Made by a program: the position numbers and the translations under genes
The notes under the pieces: model-generated
What the model saw: the letters and a program-made list of their open reading frames with translations, nothing else
Told to the model about the DNA's origin: nothing
The model's database searches: none
NCBI GenBank assembly: GCA_945881985.1
Contig: CAMCVL010000003.1
Location: forward strand, 64,421-128,420
Reading direction: 5' to 3'
From: Rickettsia typhi
GTDB taxonomy: Bacteria; Pseudomonadota; Alphaproteobacteria; Rickettsiales; Deianiraeaceae
DNA length: 64,000 nucleotides
Part shown: piece by piece, positions 56,128 through 64,000 of the stretch
How positions within the stretch are numbered: position 1 is the stretch's first letter
How the letters are laid out: each line of letters begins with the position of its first letter

Positions 56128-56502
56128 ATGGGTGGTTGTTTTTCCAAAGTAGCTCCGCAAGGTGATGGAGAATCTAAAAGAGTTGACAATAGTATCCAAT
56201 CAAATTATTATCAAACAAATGAGGAGGTAAAAGTATACCCCTCTATCAATTCTCCTAATATTAGCGATTCTTCTGTGGGTGGCAATGAGGATAGCTGCAT
56301 TCAACCAAATATTGCTATTTCCAAAGTCAATCAATCGCCTCAACAAGGGGGAGGTGATGAAATACAACCTTTAATTAATCGATCTACAAACACCATTGAT
56401 AGACCCCAAAATCCTTTTCACGGAAAAAGAGCTAGTCAACCAAATAATCAATCTGCAGGGCTTGCATTTAAGCCGCAAATAAATAACTACACATCCAGAT
56501 AA
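56128..56502 (+). CDS. Small hypothetical protein (124 aa), disordered Q/N/S/P-rich, N-terminus MGGCFSK
   Basis: Tightly packed between purC and ispF on the same strand (17- and 7-nt gaps). The ATG is the first plausible start after an in-frame TGA. No domain was recognised. Confidence 0.55.
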   Translation: MGGCFSKVAPQGDGESKRVDNSIQSNYYQTNEEVKVYPSINSPNISDSSVGGNEDSCIQPNIAISKVNQSPQQGGGDEIQPLINRSTNTIDRPQNPFHGKRASQPNNQSAGLAFKPQINNYTSR

Positions 56503-56509
56503 ATAATAT

Positions 56510-57043
56510 ATGATAAACAGTTTTAGGGTTGGGCTTGGGGTGGATTTTCACAGGTTTAAAAAAGTCTCCCTTGTTAACGCTTTAAAGGCAAGGCTTGGTA
56601 TTGGGGCGGTGCAGCAATTTGTGCCACTAGGCGGTGTTTTAGTGCCTTTTAGCAAGGGCATTGAGGCGCATTCGGATGGGGATGTTGTGCTACATGCTCT
56701 TGTAGATGCAATACTTGGTGCAATAGGCGCCGGCGACATTGGCATGCACTTTAGCGATACTGACCCAAGATGGAAGGGGGTAAGCTCCGATAGATTTGTA
56801 AGCCACGCAATGTTTTTGCTTAAAGAGCAAAAATTTGCCATTGCAAACATTGATGTTGTGATTATCTGCGAGGCCCCAAGGCTTAAAAACTACAGGGATG
56901 TAATAAGGCAAAAAATTGCCGACCTGTGCGAAATTGACCCAAAGGCGGTTAACATCAAAGGCAAAACAACAGAGAAAATGGGATTTTTAGGCAGGGGTGA
57001 GGGTATCGCTGCAATGGTCAATCTTGGCGTTGTTGCAATTTAA
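56510..57043 (+). CDS. ispF: 2-C-methyl-D-erythritol 2,4-cyclodiphosphate synthase
   Basis: RVGLGVDFHRF, AHSDGDVVLHALVDAILGA..GDIGMHFSDTDPRWKG. Confidence 0.93.
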   Translation: MINSFRVGLGVDFHRFKKVSLVNALKARLGIGAVQQFVPLGGVLVPFSKGIEAHSDGDVVLHALVDAILGAIGAGDIGMHFSDTDPRWKGVSSDRFVSHAMFLLKEQKFAIANIDVVIICEAPRLKNYRDVIRQKIADLCEIDPKAVNIKGKTTEKMGFLGRGEGIAAMVNLGVVAI

Positions 57044-57045
57044 AT

Positions 57046-57642
57046 TCAATTTGGGCATTTTAATTTGGCATTGCCTCTGATGGCGGTAGACGATACATTA
57101 GGGCTGGAGCACTTTACAAAACTTATTAATCCATTGCCAAAAAGCTTAATATTATTGTTCTTAACATTGCCAAAGCTAATTTGATTTTTGTGCTTAATAA
57201 AAAAAGGCGTTTTGCAATATTTTAAACCTTGCAAGGCATCGCCACCTCTGTTGATGATTACAAGATTTGCATATCGTAAAATTTGCTCGCAAAATGGCCA
57301 TTTGTGGATTGTTGTTAGGCTGTCCGCCCCTATTACAAAGCTAAAATTATATCTGTTTGCATATCTTTTATTTACCGCCTTTAAAACCATTGCGGTGTTA
57401 AACGAGGGGCTTAGATTTTCAAAGTCTACAACCTCTACATTTTTGATATGTTTTGTTGCAAACTTGCAGGCGGCAATGCGTGCTGGCAGGGGCGGGGTTG
57501 CAATTTGTGCTTTTAATGGATTAAGCTTTGCAGGCATCACAAAAACTTTTTTAAAGCCAAGACGCAGCATTTTTTTGCAAACAAACTCATGCCCTTGGTG
57601 AAATGGGTTAAACGACCCACCAAATAAAGCAACGCTAATCAT
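57046..57642 (-). CDS. nadD: Nicotinate-nucleotide adenylyltransferase
   Basis: ALFGGSFNPFHQGHEFV and the C-terminal ..VSSTAIR motif. Confidence 0.85.
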   Translation of the reverse strand: MISVALFGGSFNPFHQGHEFVCKKMLRLGFKKVFVMPAKLNPLKAQIATPPLPARIAACKFATKHIKNVEVVDFENLSPSFNTAMVLKAVNKRYANRYNFSFVIGADSLTTIHKWPFCEQILRYANLVIINRGGDALQGLKYCKTPFFIKHKNQISFGNVKNNNIKLFGNGLISFVKCSSPNVSSTAIRGNAKLKCPN

Positions 57643-57648
57643 TTGTAT

Positions 57649-58758
57649 TTATTTATCAATTGAGGTAAAATAAATTGCAAAATCATCTGGTGTTTTTTGT
57701 TTTAAAACCTTTGTGCCGTGCACCTGATAAATCCACGACTTGCTATTTTGCACTATAAAATTATGTAAATTTTTAATTTGTTCTGCCCTTGGAGCTTTGC
57801 CGCTGTCAATTTGTAAATCGGCATCTTCATCTTGGTTACTAAATGACTCCTGCGTTTTTGATTGTAAAATGTGGCACAAAAGTCTAAATTGCATAGATGG
57901 CACAAGTTTAAGATAGCTACTAAGCATAATTGCAATTTGCCTTGGGGCGGCGGGGTTTGTGATGATTATTTTTTGTTTTAGGTCTTCAAAGTAGGCGTCA
58001 AGAGCAAGCTTGTCGCTTTGCAAGGCTGCAATAGAGGTGCCAAGGCGTTTAATTAAAAGTTTATCGTCTTTTGCCACCGTGCCAAGAGCCGCCCTTAAGG
58101 CATTGCGTTGTATAGTTTTGCTTAAGTTGCTTTGGTCTTCCTGCCATTGAATTTTGTTGAGGCGGCAAAAATTTATAAGCTCGTTTTTTTGCACTTCAAG
58201 CAAAGGTCGCAATATTTTTATGCCTTGCATTATGGAATAATCCCACATTGAGCAAAGCCCGTTAAGCCCACTGCCTCTTTCAAGCCTCATCAGCAAGGTT
58301 TCGGCTTGGTCGTTAAGATGGTGGGCAAAAAACACTGCCTCCGCCTTGTTTTGCTTTGCATAATTTAAGATTGCATTGTATCTGGCAAGGCGTGCATTTG
58401 CCTCAAGATTTTTGGAGGTATCAATATGCGGCGTTTTAATAACAATGCTTTTTATGCCATTTTTTAAGTTAAAATTATAGGCTAAAGCCGCCTGCTTTGC
58501 CGAGTTTTTGCGTATGCCATGGTCTATAATAACCGCCGTAAGATTTAAAAACCCCGCTTGTTTTAGCAAAAAACACAATGCCATGCTGTCCACCCCGCCG
58601 CTGCAGGCGATAACAAAATTTGCATTTTTGTTAAGATTGTGTTTTGTGGCGTAGGTGTTGATTGCTTCAATTAAGCTAATAGTTTTTGCTTGGCTTGGTT
58701 CTTGGTTTCGTTCTTGCTTTTTATCCTTTGTTTTTTTTAGCAGATTAAAGAGCCTCAT
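57649..58758 (-). CDS. tilS: tRNA(Ile)-lysidine synthase
   Basis: PP-loop VIACSGGVDSMAL, HHLNDQAETLLMRLERGSG. Confidence 0.85.
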   Translation of the reverse strand: MRLFNLLKKTKDKKQERNQEPSQAKTISLIEAINTYATKHNLNKNANFVIACSGGVDSMALCFLLKQAGFLNLTAVIIDHGIRKNSAKQAALAYNFNLKNGIKSIVIKTPHIDTSKNLEANARLARYNAILNYAKQNKAEAVFFAHHLNDQAETLLMRLERGSGLNGLCSMWDYSIMQGIKILRPLLEVQKNELINFCRLNKIQWQEDQSNLSKTIQRNALRAALGTVAKDDKLLIKRLGTSIAALQSDKLALDAYFEDLKQKIIITNPAAPRQIAIMLSSYLKLVPSMQFRLLCHILQSKTQESFSNQDEDADLQIDSGKAPRAEQIKNLHNFIVQNSKSWIYQVHGTKVLKQKTPDDFAIYFTSIDK

Positions 58759-58766
58759 AAAAAAGA

Positions 58767-59036
58767 TTAATCAATACCCTTTTTTAAATTAATAATTTTT
58801 TTGCCGGCAACAAGCATTGCACAAATTGCAATTATTATGTTTGAAATCACGATTGAATATTCCTCCACCAAAAAGCCATACAAAACCCAAAGACTCACCC
58901 CGCAAAACAAAGCTATGTAGGACACAAGCGATACCGCCTTAGTGTCCTTAGCTTTTAAAACGCTAATTACCTGCGGTAAAAAACAAGCAGTTGTAATAAT
59001 CGCAGCAATATTAGCAACTAACACCTTAAGTAGCAT
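58767..59036 (-). CDS. SemiSWEET / PQ-loop small sugar transporter
   Basis: About 89 aa with three TM helices and the PQ motif (TTACFLPQVISVLKAKDTKAVS). ATG 59036. Confidence 0.7.
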   Translation of the reverse strand: MLLKVLVANIAAIITTACFLPQVISVLKAKDTKAVSLVSYIALFCGVSLWVLYGFLVEEYSIVISNIIIAICAMLVAGKKIINLKKGID

Positions 59037-59058
59037 AATTAAAAACAATAATAAGTAG

Positions 59059-59967
59059 CTAAAATGGATTTGTAATACACAAAATTACAGAGCTAAAAAC
59101 CAAGACTATGCCAGATTTTTGCAGATTGCTAAGCCGCTCCTTAAGTGCAAAGTGCGAGAGGAGTATCGCAAAAATCATCTCCACTTGAGCAACTAGCTTT
59201 ATGTCGGTAACGCTTGCCATGCCAAAGGCTAAAAACCAAAAAATTGAACCAAAAAAGCTAAGTGCCGAAATAATGAAAAATTTTAGGCAATTTTTTTTAA
59301 TATCTAAGATGCTAGATTTTAAGTTGCCTTGCAGGCTTTTGATGATTGCAAAAAAGATATTTTGCAAAAAAATCATCCAAAGCACCGCCTGCATTGAGTT
59401 AATAAAAACACTACGGTCTGCAAAGCTTACTCGCAGCTCCTCTATGGAGCCCCTTATTATAAACCCGCAAATTGCAAACGAGAGACCAGCCATAATGCCA
59501 GTTGCAATAAGCAAGCGATTTTGCTTTGTAAATAAAGCCTTAATACCGCCCTCGCCTTTAAGCTCAACAAGGCAAATTAAGCCAATGCTTGCCATGCAAA
59601 GTGCTAGGATTTTTGAGAGTCCAAAAACCTCGCCAAATACAAAGTGTGCAATTAAAAATGTTTGTATAACCTCCGACTTTACAAATGTCATGCCCACAAT
59701 AAAATGCCCCGACCTAAACAAGCTAACAATTAAGCAGTTACCAAGTATTTGCAAGGAGGCTGCTGCAAGGCAAAGTAGTAAAAATTTTTGTGTGCAAAAT
59801 CCAGCCGTAATGCTATAAAACACCATGCAGGCGGCAATAGGAAAGATAAACACAAACCTAGACCAAGAGGCTGTTAGTAGATTGACTCCTTTATCTATGC
59901 GTCTTTGCAAAAAGTTGCGAAAAACCTGACTAAAAGAGGCTACCAAAGTAAAAAAAACCCATAGCAT
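59059..59967 (-). CDS. EamA/DMT-family transporter
   Basis: About 10 TM helices with two EamA-like halves. ATG 59967 avoids overlap with the upstream ORF. Confidence 0.7.
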   Translation of the reverse strand: MLWVFFTLVASFSQVFRNFLQRRIDKGVNLLTASWSRFVFIFPIAACMVFYSITAGFCTQKFLLLCLAAASLQILGNCLIVSLFRSGHFIVGMTFVKSEVIQTFLIAHFVFGEVFGLSKILALCMASIGLICLVELKGEGGIKALFTKQNRLLIATGIMAGLSFAICGFIIRGSIEELRVSFADRSVFINSMQAVLWMIFLQNIFFAIIKSLQGNLKSSILDIKKNCLKFFIISALSFFGSIFWFLAFGMASVTDIKLVAQVEMIFAILLSHFALKERLSNLQKSGIVLVFSSVILCITNPF

Positions 59968-59968
59968 A

Positions 59969-60253
59969 TTATCTTTTAGACATCTGCTTGTAAATGTTGT
60001 AAAAGGAGCCAGCAAACCCCCCAAGTATAAAAACAGATAAAAACACGAATTTTGTGCCGAAAAGTTTATCAAGTGCATAGCCAGCTATTGCACCTGCCGC
60101 AGTGCCGGCTAGGAGTTCAAATATCATAGACGATGGGCTTTTGCACGGCAAAGCCTTGTTTGCAAAGATATTGTTGCAATTGCTTTGATTTTTTAGCTCC
60201 TGTATCTTACTATCAATTTCCTGCGTGTTAAAAGCATCATCAATCTTTGACAT
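59969..60253 (-). CDS. AtpI/AtpZ-like small membrane protein (ATP synthase protein I family)
   Basis: LLAGTAAGAIAGYALDKLFGTKFVFLSVFILGGFAGSFYNIYKQ resembles the ATPase_gene1-type two-helix motif. Confidence 0.55.
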   Translation of the reverse strand: MSKIDDAFNTQEIDSKIQELKNQSNCNNIFANKALPCKSPSSMIFELLAGTAAGAIAGYALDKLFGTKFVFLSVFILGGFAGSFYNIYKQMSKR

Positions 60254-60263
60254 TGCTTGCAAA

Positions 60264-61139
60264 CTAAGACCTCAAAAGCTCGTTGATTGAAGTTTTTGCC
60301 CTTGTTTTTGCATCAACCTTTTTAACAATTACAGCGCAGTATAAGCTACAGCCTTTTGATGGCATAGAGCCAGAAACAACAACTGACCCAGGCGGCACAA
60401 CCCCTTGGTAGACTTCGCCAGTTTCTCTGTCTAGTATCTTTGTTGAACCTGATATAAAAACGCCCATGCCAATGACTGAGTTTTCGCCGATTATTACTCC
60501 CTCAGCAATTTCGCTTCTTGCCCCGATAAAACAGTTGTCCTCAATAATCACAGGGTTTGCCTGCAAAGGCTCCAGCACGCCGCCAATACCTGCCCCGCCA
60601 GATATATGGCAATTTGACCCAATCTGCGCGCAGCTACCAATCGTTGCCCAAGTGTCAACCATTGTGCCGCTACCCACATATGCCCCAATGTTGACAAAAG
60701 ATGGCATTAAAACGCAGTTTGCACCTATAAATGCACCCCTTCTTACATGGCAACCGGGCACGGCTCTAATTTTTTGCTCCTCAAAATCCGTGGAGCTGTA
60801 GCCAAAAAACTTGCTTGGTACCTTGTCGTACCAATAGGACATGTTGGACTCAAAGCCAAAATCCTGCCCGCTACGGATAATAAAGTTAGATGAAAGTTTA
60901 AACGAAAGTAATATAGCCTTTTTTACCCATTCGTTAACAAACCATTCCCCGTTTTCATGGGTGCAAACTCTTAAGTATCCAGCATCTAAAAACGATATTA
61001 CATCCTGCACTACGCTTCCGGCTTCGTAATCACCAGCATTTAAGTCATCTTTTTTACTCCAAAGAGTTTCTATTTGCGTTTGTAGCTCAGATAATTTTGC
61101 ATCTAGGGATTTAGCGTCGTTGTGTTCTTCGTTAAGCAT
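60264..61139 (-). CDS. dapD: 2,3,4,5-tetrahydropyridine-2,6-dicarboxylate N-succinyltransferase
   Basis: Hexapeptide-repeat LbH domain (..[40 protein letters not shown]..) with a DapD-type N-domain. Confidence 0.9.
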   Translation of the reverse strand: MLNEEHNDAKSLDAKLSELQTQIETLWSKKDDLNAGDYEAGSVVQDVISFLDAGYLRVCTHENGEWFVNEWVKKAILLSFKLSSNFIIRSGQDFGFESNMSYWYDKVPSKFFGYSSTDFEEQKIRAVPGCHVRRGAFIGANCVLMPSFVNIGAYVGSGTMVDTWATIGSCAQIGSNCHISGGAGIGGVLEPLQANPVIIEDNCFIGARSEIAEGVIIGENSVIGMGVFISGSTKILDRETGEVYQGVVPPGSVVVSGSMPSKGCSLYCAVIVKKVDAKTRAKTSINELLRS

Positions 61140-61235
61140 ATTGTGATAAGTAATAATACAAAATACATTTTTTATTTTTATTAAAGCTTAGCGTCTTTTT
61201 TGTTTTTGTCAACAAACCTTTGTGTTTTCGTTCCT

Positions 61236-62189
61236 CTATGTCAAAAAGTCAATTACTACGCCGCAGGTGCGGGAGCGATTTTGAATTTGAGCCATGCCAT
61301 CAGGCAGGTGTTTTAGGTTAAAAATTTGTTTTTCAATATCAAAATTTGTTTTGTCAATAAAATGCATAAAATCCATTCCGCCTATGATTGTTTCAAAGTA
61401 AAGTGCTTTGTATAGGTCTATGCTTGGAGCAACAAAATGCAGCGATTTTTTGCGAATTTTATCTGTGCTTATTTTTGCATCGCCGCCGTGAGATCCAACT
61501 AACACATATTTGCCAAAATAAGAGAGTGTATCCTTGCAGATGTCAAAAATATCGCCGCCTATCAGGTCGTAAAACACAAATAATCCATAATTGTTTGTAA
61601 GTTTTAAAATTTTTGACACAAGCTCAGGGTCGTTATAGTTAAGGCTTGCATTTGCCCCAAGATTTTGAGTAAATTCAATTTTTGCATCGCTACCCACTAA
61701 TGCAACAACATTTAGCCCGCAATATTTTGCCCATTTTGTTAAAATTTGCCCCAAAACTCCGCTTGCACCCGAGATTCCAACCCACATACCCTTTTGCAGC
61801 ATAAACATTTTATGCAAGAGGTAATGAGCCGTTAAAAACCTCCTTGTAAAGCATGCAAGCTGCATATCTATGCCGTCAAGCACTGATATGAGGTTTTTTT
61901 CATGTAGTATTAAATATTCACACGACCCCAAGGGGCGTTTTAAATTATAACAAACTCTGTCGCCATGTTTTAACTTGCGTGTAGATTTGCCAGATATGTA
62001 CTCAATTACCCCAGAGCCTTCAAGACCAACAAATCCATCTTTTACATCCAAATCCTCTTGCCCTAAAGATATGTAGCTTTGCTTAATTAAAACATAGCCA
62101 TTAGGTATTAAATCGTGCTTTTTGTGGTGAAACTTTTTAACTGCAAATTGCCCGCCGTCAAATACCCCGCTTTTAAAACTTGATGTCAT
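61236..62189 (-). CDS. NADPH:quinone oxidoreductase / zinc-type alcohol dehydrogenase-like (MDR family)
   Basis: GroES-like N-domain and Rossmann motif VGISGASGVLGQILTKWAKYCG. Confidence 0.75.
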   Translation of the reverse strand: MTSSFKSGVFDGGQFAVKKFHHKKHDLIPNGYVLIKQSYISLGQEDLDVKDGFVGLEGSGVIEYISGKSTRKLKHGDRVCYNLKRPLGSCEYLILHEKNLISVLDGIDMQLACFTRRFLTAHYLLHKMFMLQKGMWVGISGASGVLGQILTKWAKYCGLNVVALVGSDAKIEFTQNLGANASLNYNDPELVSKILKLTNNYGLFVFYDLIGGDIFDICKDTLSYFGKYVLVGSHGGDAKISTDKIRKKSLHFVAPSIDLYKALYFETIIGGMDFMHFIDKTNFDIEKQIFNLKHLPDGMAQIQNRSRTCGVVIDFLT

Positions 62190-62190
62190 T

Positions 62191-62781
62191 TTATATTTTT
62201 TTGGGACGAATAAAAACTTTTACATAATTTGCCGCAGTTAAAATAGTAAGTAGAGCCGCCAAATAAATTGCAATATCACCTAAAAATGGTAATATTTTAA
62301 ACAATGCAGAGCTTAACCACCACATATCAAAAAGATACTTAAATAAATCCGATGTGTAAAAAATAGCTATGCCTATTGCTACTATTTGTGTGCCAGTCTT
62401 CCATTTTGCAAGTTTGCTAACAGGTATTTTTGTGCCATCCTTGCCTAAAAATTCTCTTAGCCCAGACACAAAAAACTCCCGACCTAAAATAATAAATGCA
62501 ATAATACTATTACAAACCCCAGTTTGTATCATTATTATAAAAAATGCTAAAACAAAGATTTTGTCGGCTATTGGGTCAAAGCAAATGCCAAAGCTTGAGT
62601 CGGTTTTGTATTTGCGTGCAAGATAGCCATCAAAAAAATCGCTTACTGCACCAAAAAAAAATAGGCCAAAGGCAATTTCGTTCCAAAATTTTAGATTAAT
62701 CTCAAAAACTATAAGACTTATTATTCCAGCAAGAATTCTAAAGACTGTTAAAATATTTGGTAAATTTTGCTTTAAGGGCAT
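62191..62781 (-). CDS. pgsA: CDP-diacylglycerol--glycerol-3-phosphate 3-phosphatidyltransferase
   Basis: NLPNILTVFRI.. and the CDP-alcohol motif DFFDGYLARKY...G..FDPIADK. ATG 62781. Confidence 0.88.
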   Translation of the reverse strand: MPLKQNLPNILTVFRILAGIISLIVFEINLKFWNEIAFGLFFFGAVSDFFDGYLARKYKTDSSFGICFDPIADKIFVLAFFIIMIQTGVCNSIIAFIILGREFFVSGLREFLGKDGTKIPVSKLAKWKTGTQIVAIGIAIFYTSDLFKYLFDMWWLSSALFKILPFLGDIAIYLAALLTILTAANYVKVFIRPKKI

Positions 62782-63229
62782 CGTTAGATAAAAAATATTC
62801 CTTCTATTTATAGTTGTTGCAAAGCATTTTGTTGTCAAGGCAATCAAAAGTCAACTTTTTATTTTTTTACACATATGTTATAATTCTATTTCGTGCATTA
62901 AAATGAATCTTGCGATTGGATTTTTTCACCTCAAATAGCTCATGTGATATGATACTTTTAAAAAATCTAAAATATTCTTTGATTTTTATCTTATAATCTA
63001 TTACACTATTATACCTTATATTTGTAATCTTTATTTTTATAAGGTTTGTTAGTATTTTTGCTTAAGCTTTTATTTGCAAGATATTAACATTTTTTAGCTG
63101 TTTGCCTTTGTAGTTTATTATTATTAAATGATGCCTGCAGTTTTTGGTGGCTTAGCGTTTTAATAATTATAAACTTCAAACAGTCTTTTTTGCCGTTTTG
63201 GCTTTTGTTGATTGTTTAAGTGTTACATT

Positions 63230-63811
63230 ATGACAAATAAAAAACCATTTAAAGCAGGAATGCATGTGTTTTGCAAAAACCATGGTCTTGGCTTTGTAAC
63301 CGATGTCTCGGAGATAGACATTATGGACCAAGTAATAAGATGCTTCGACATTTTTTTTGAAAGGGACAATCTAAAAATAAGTGTGCCTGAGGAAAAAATG
63401 CATTCAATTGGCATTAGACGCCTTGCTGATAAGTCCGTTGCTAACGATGTGATGAAGATATTTAGGTCGGAGTCCAAAGGTATGAGAGTTATTTGGAGTA
63501 AGAGGTCTAAGGAATACGAGCAAAAACTTTATTCTGGCGATATTTTTGTTACTTCGGAAGTTGTCAGAGACCTTTATAAAAACTCACTAAACCCTTCAAG
63601 GTCATATTCCGAAAGGGTGATTTTTGAAAAGGCACTTGAAAGAGTCTGCTCTGAGCTTGCCGCAATACAAGATAAATCACTTGAGGATGTTTTTAATGAG
63701 GTTTGTAAAACTCTTTCAGTGTTTCAGGAAACCTTTGATTCCCCAGAGGAACTTGATGATTCAATTGATGCATCAAGCGACTTGGATAGTAAGCTTGACA
63801 TGGTAGGCTAA
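63230..63811 (+). CDS. carD: CarD/CdnL-family RNA polymerase-binding transcription regulator
   Basis: FKAGMHVFCKNHGLGFVTDV...ISVPEEKMHSIGIRRL (CarD_TRCF domain). ATG 63230. Confidence 0.85.
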   Translation: MTNKKPFKAGMHVFCKNHGLGFVTDVSEIDIMDQVIRCFDIFFERDNLKISVPEEKMHSIGIRRLADKSVANDVMKIFRSESKGMRVIWSKRSKEYEQKLYSGDIFVTSEVVRDLYKNSLNPSRSYSERVIFEKALERVCSELAAIQDKSLEDVFNEVCKTLSVFQETFDSPEELDDSIDASSDLDSKLDMVG

Positions 63812-63828
63812 TTTTTACAAAACCAATA

Positions 63829-64000
63829 ATGCAGCTTGGCGATTGTAAAAATGACAAAACGGCTGTTGTGATTGATGGATACTCTTATATCTTTCGTTCA
63901 TTTTACTCCGTGCCAAGCCTTATTGCTGCTAACGGGCTAAATGTTAATGCTGTCTTTGGGTTTTTCAATCATATCTTTGGTTTGATTGCTGTTTTAAAGC
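63829..64000 (+). CDS. polA: DNA polymerase I, 5'-3' exonuclease N-terminus (partial, runs off window)
   Basis: Hand translation gives MQLGDCKNDKTAVVIDGYSYIFRSFYSVPSLIAANGLNVNAVFGFFNHIFGLIAVLK, the typical PolA start. Confidence 0.75.
   Translation, partial: MQLGDCKNDKTAVVIDGYSYIFRSFYSVPSLIAANGLNVNAVFGFFNHIFGLIAVLK

Noticed and set aside
62848-63229. 380-bp AT-rich gap between pgsA and carD as a replication origin
   Set aside because: No DnaA-box-like TTATCCACA/TGTGGATAA sequences were seen, and there is no dnaA or other origin-linked gene nearby. It is more simply a divergent promoter region.
1-64000. CRISPR arrays, rRNA genes, prophage blocks, alternative genetic code (TGA as sense)
   Set aside because: No regularly spaced direct repeats, rRNA-like sequence or phage structural genes were seen. 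Reading through the TGA at 25565 hits another stop within 15 codons, and genes end normally at TAA/TAG/TGA.

Overview
Visibly AT-rich bacterial chromosome segment with about 70 genes, almost all housekeeping: ribosomal proteins, EF-Tu, RpoH, DnaJ, central metabolism, and cofactor and amino-acid biosynthesis. I infer an alphaproteobacterium, probably host-associated. Support: a circularly permuted two-piece tmRNA gene, CarD/CdnL, PdhB, SdhC, a one-Cys DksA, and several classically co-transcribed genes standing alone. No rRNA and no CRISPR array were seen. Two tRNAs (Gly-UCC, Phe-GAA) and rpmH are missing from the ORF track. Main points: (1) Operon order is heavily scrambled. The S10-spc ribosomal cluster is split into S3..L5 (34.6-37.5 kb, behind tRNA-Phe) and S10..L2 (46.8-49.9 kb), with S19/L22 and S14 onward absent. 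(2) A decayed IS1595-family transposase (38.9-39.3 kb) and its conserved 3' end motif (CTTAACTAGTCAAGAGCCT..TTGTA) recur at these breakpoints, next to GC-rich palindromic repeats. (3) Two proteins carry class-III (prepilin) signal peptides, and one is paired with an unclassifiable ~700-aa protein. No pilus or T2SS machinery lies nearby. This is my best candidate for an undescribed module. (4) An in-frame RibB-PurC fusion. (5) A small disordered protein starts MGGCFSK, a eukaryotic N-myristoylation/palmitoylation motif, so it is a candidate host-targeted effector. (6) A PD-(D/E)XK (HsdR-N-like) nuclease ORF abuts rplE. (7) A two-gene type II R-M cassette is wedged upstream of thiG. (8) A stand-alone Mfd N-terminal module. 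All family assignments come from reading motifs by eye; no searches were run.
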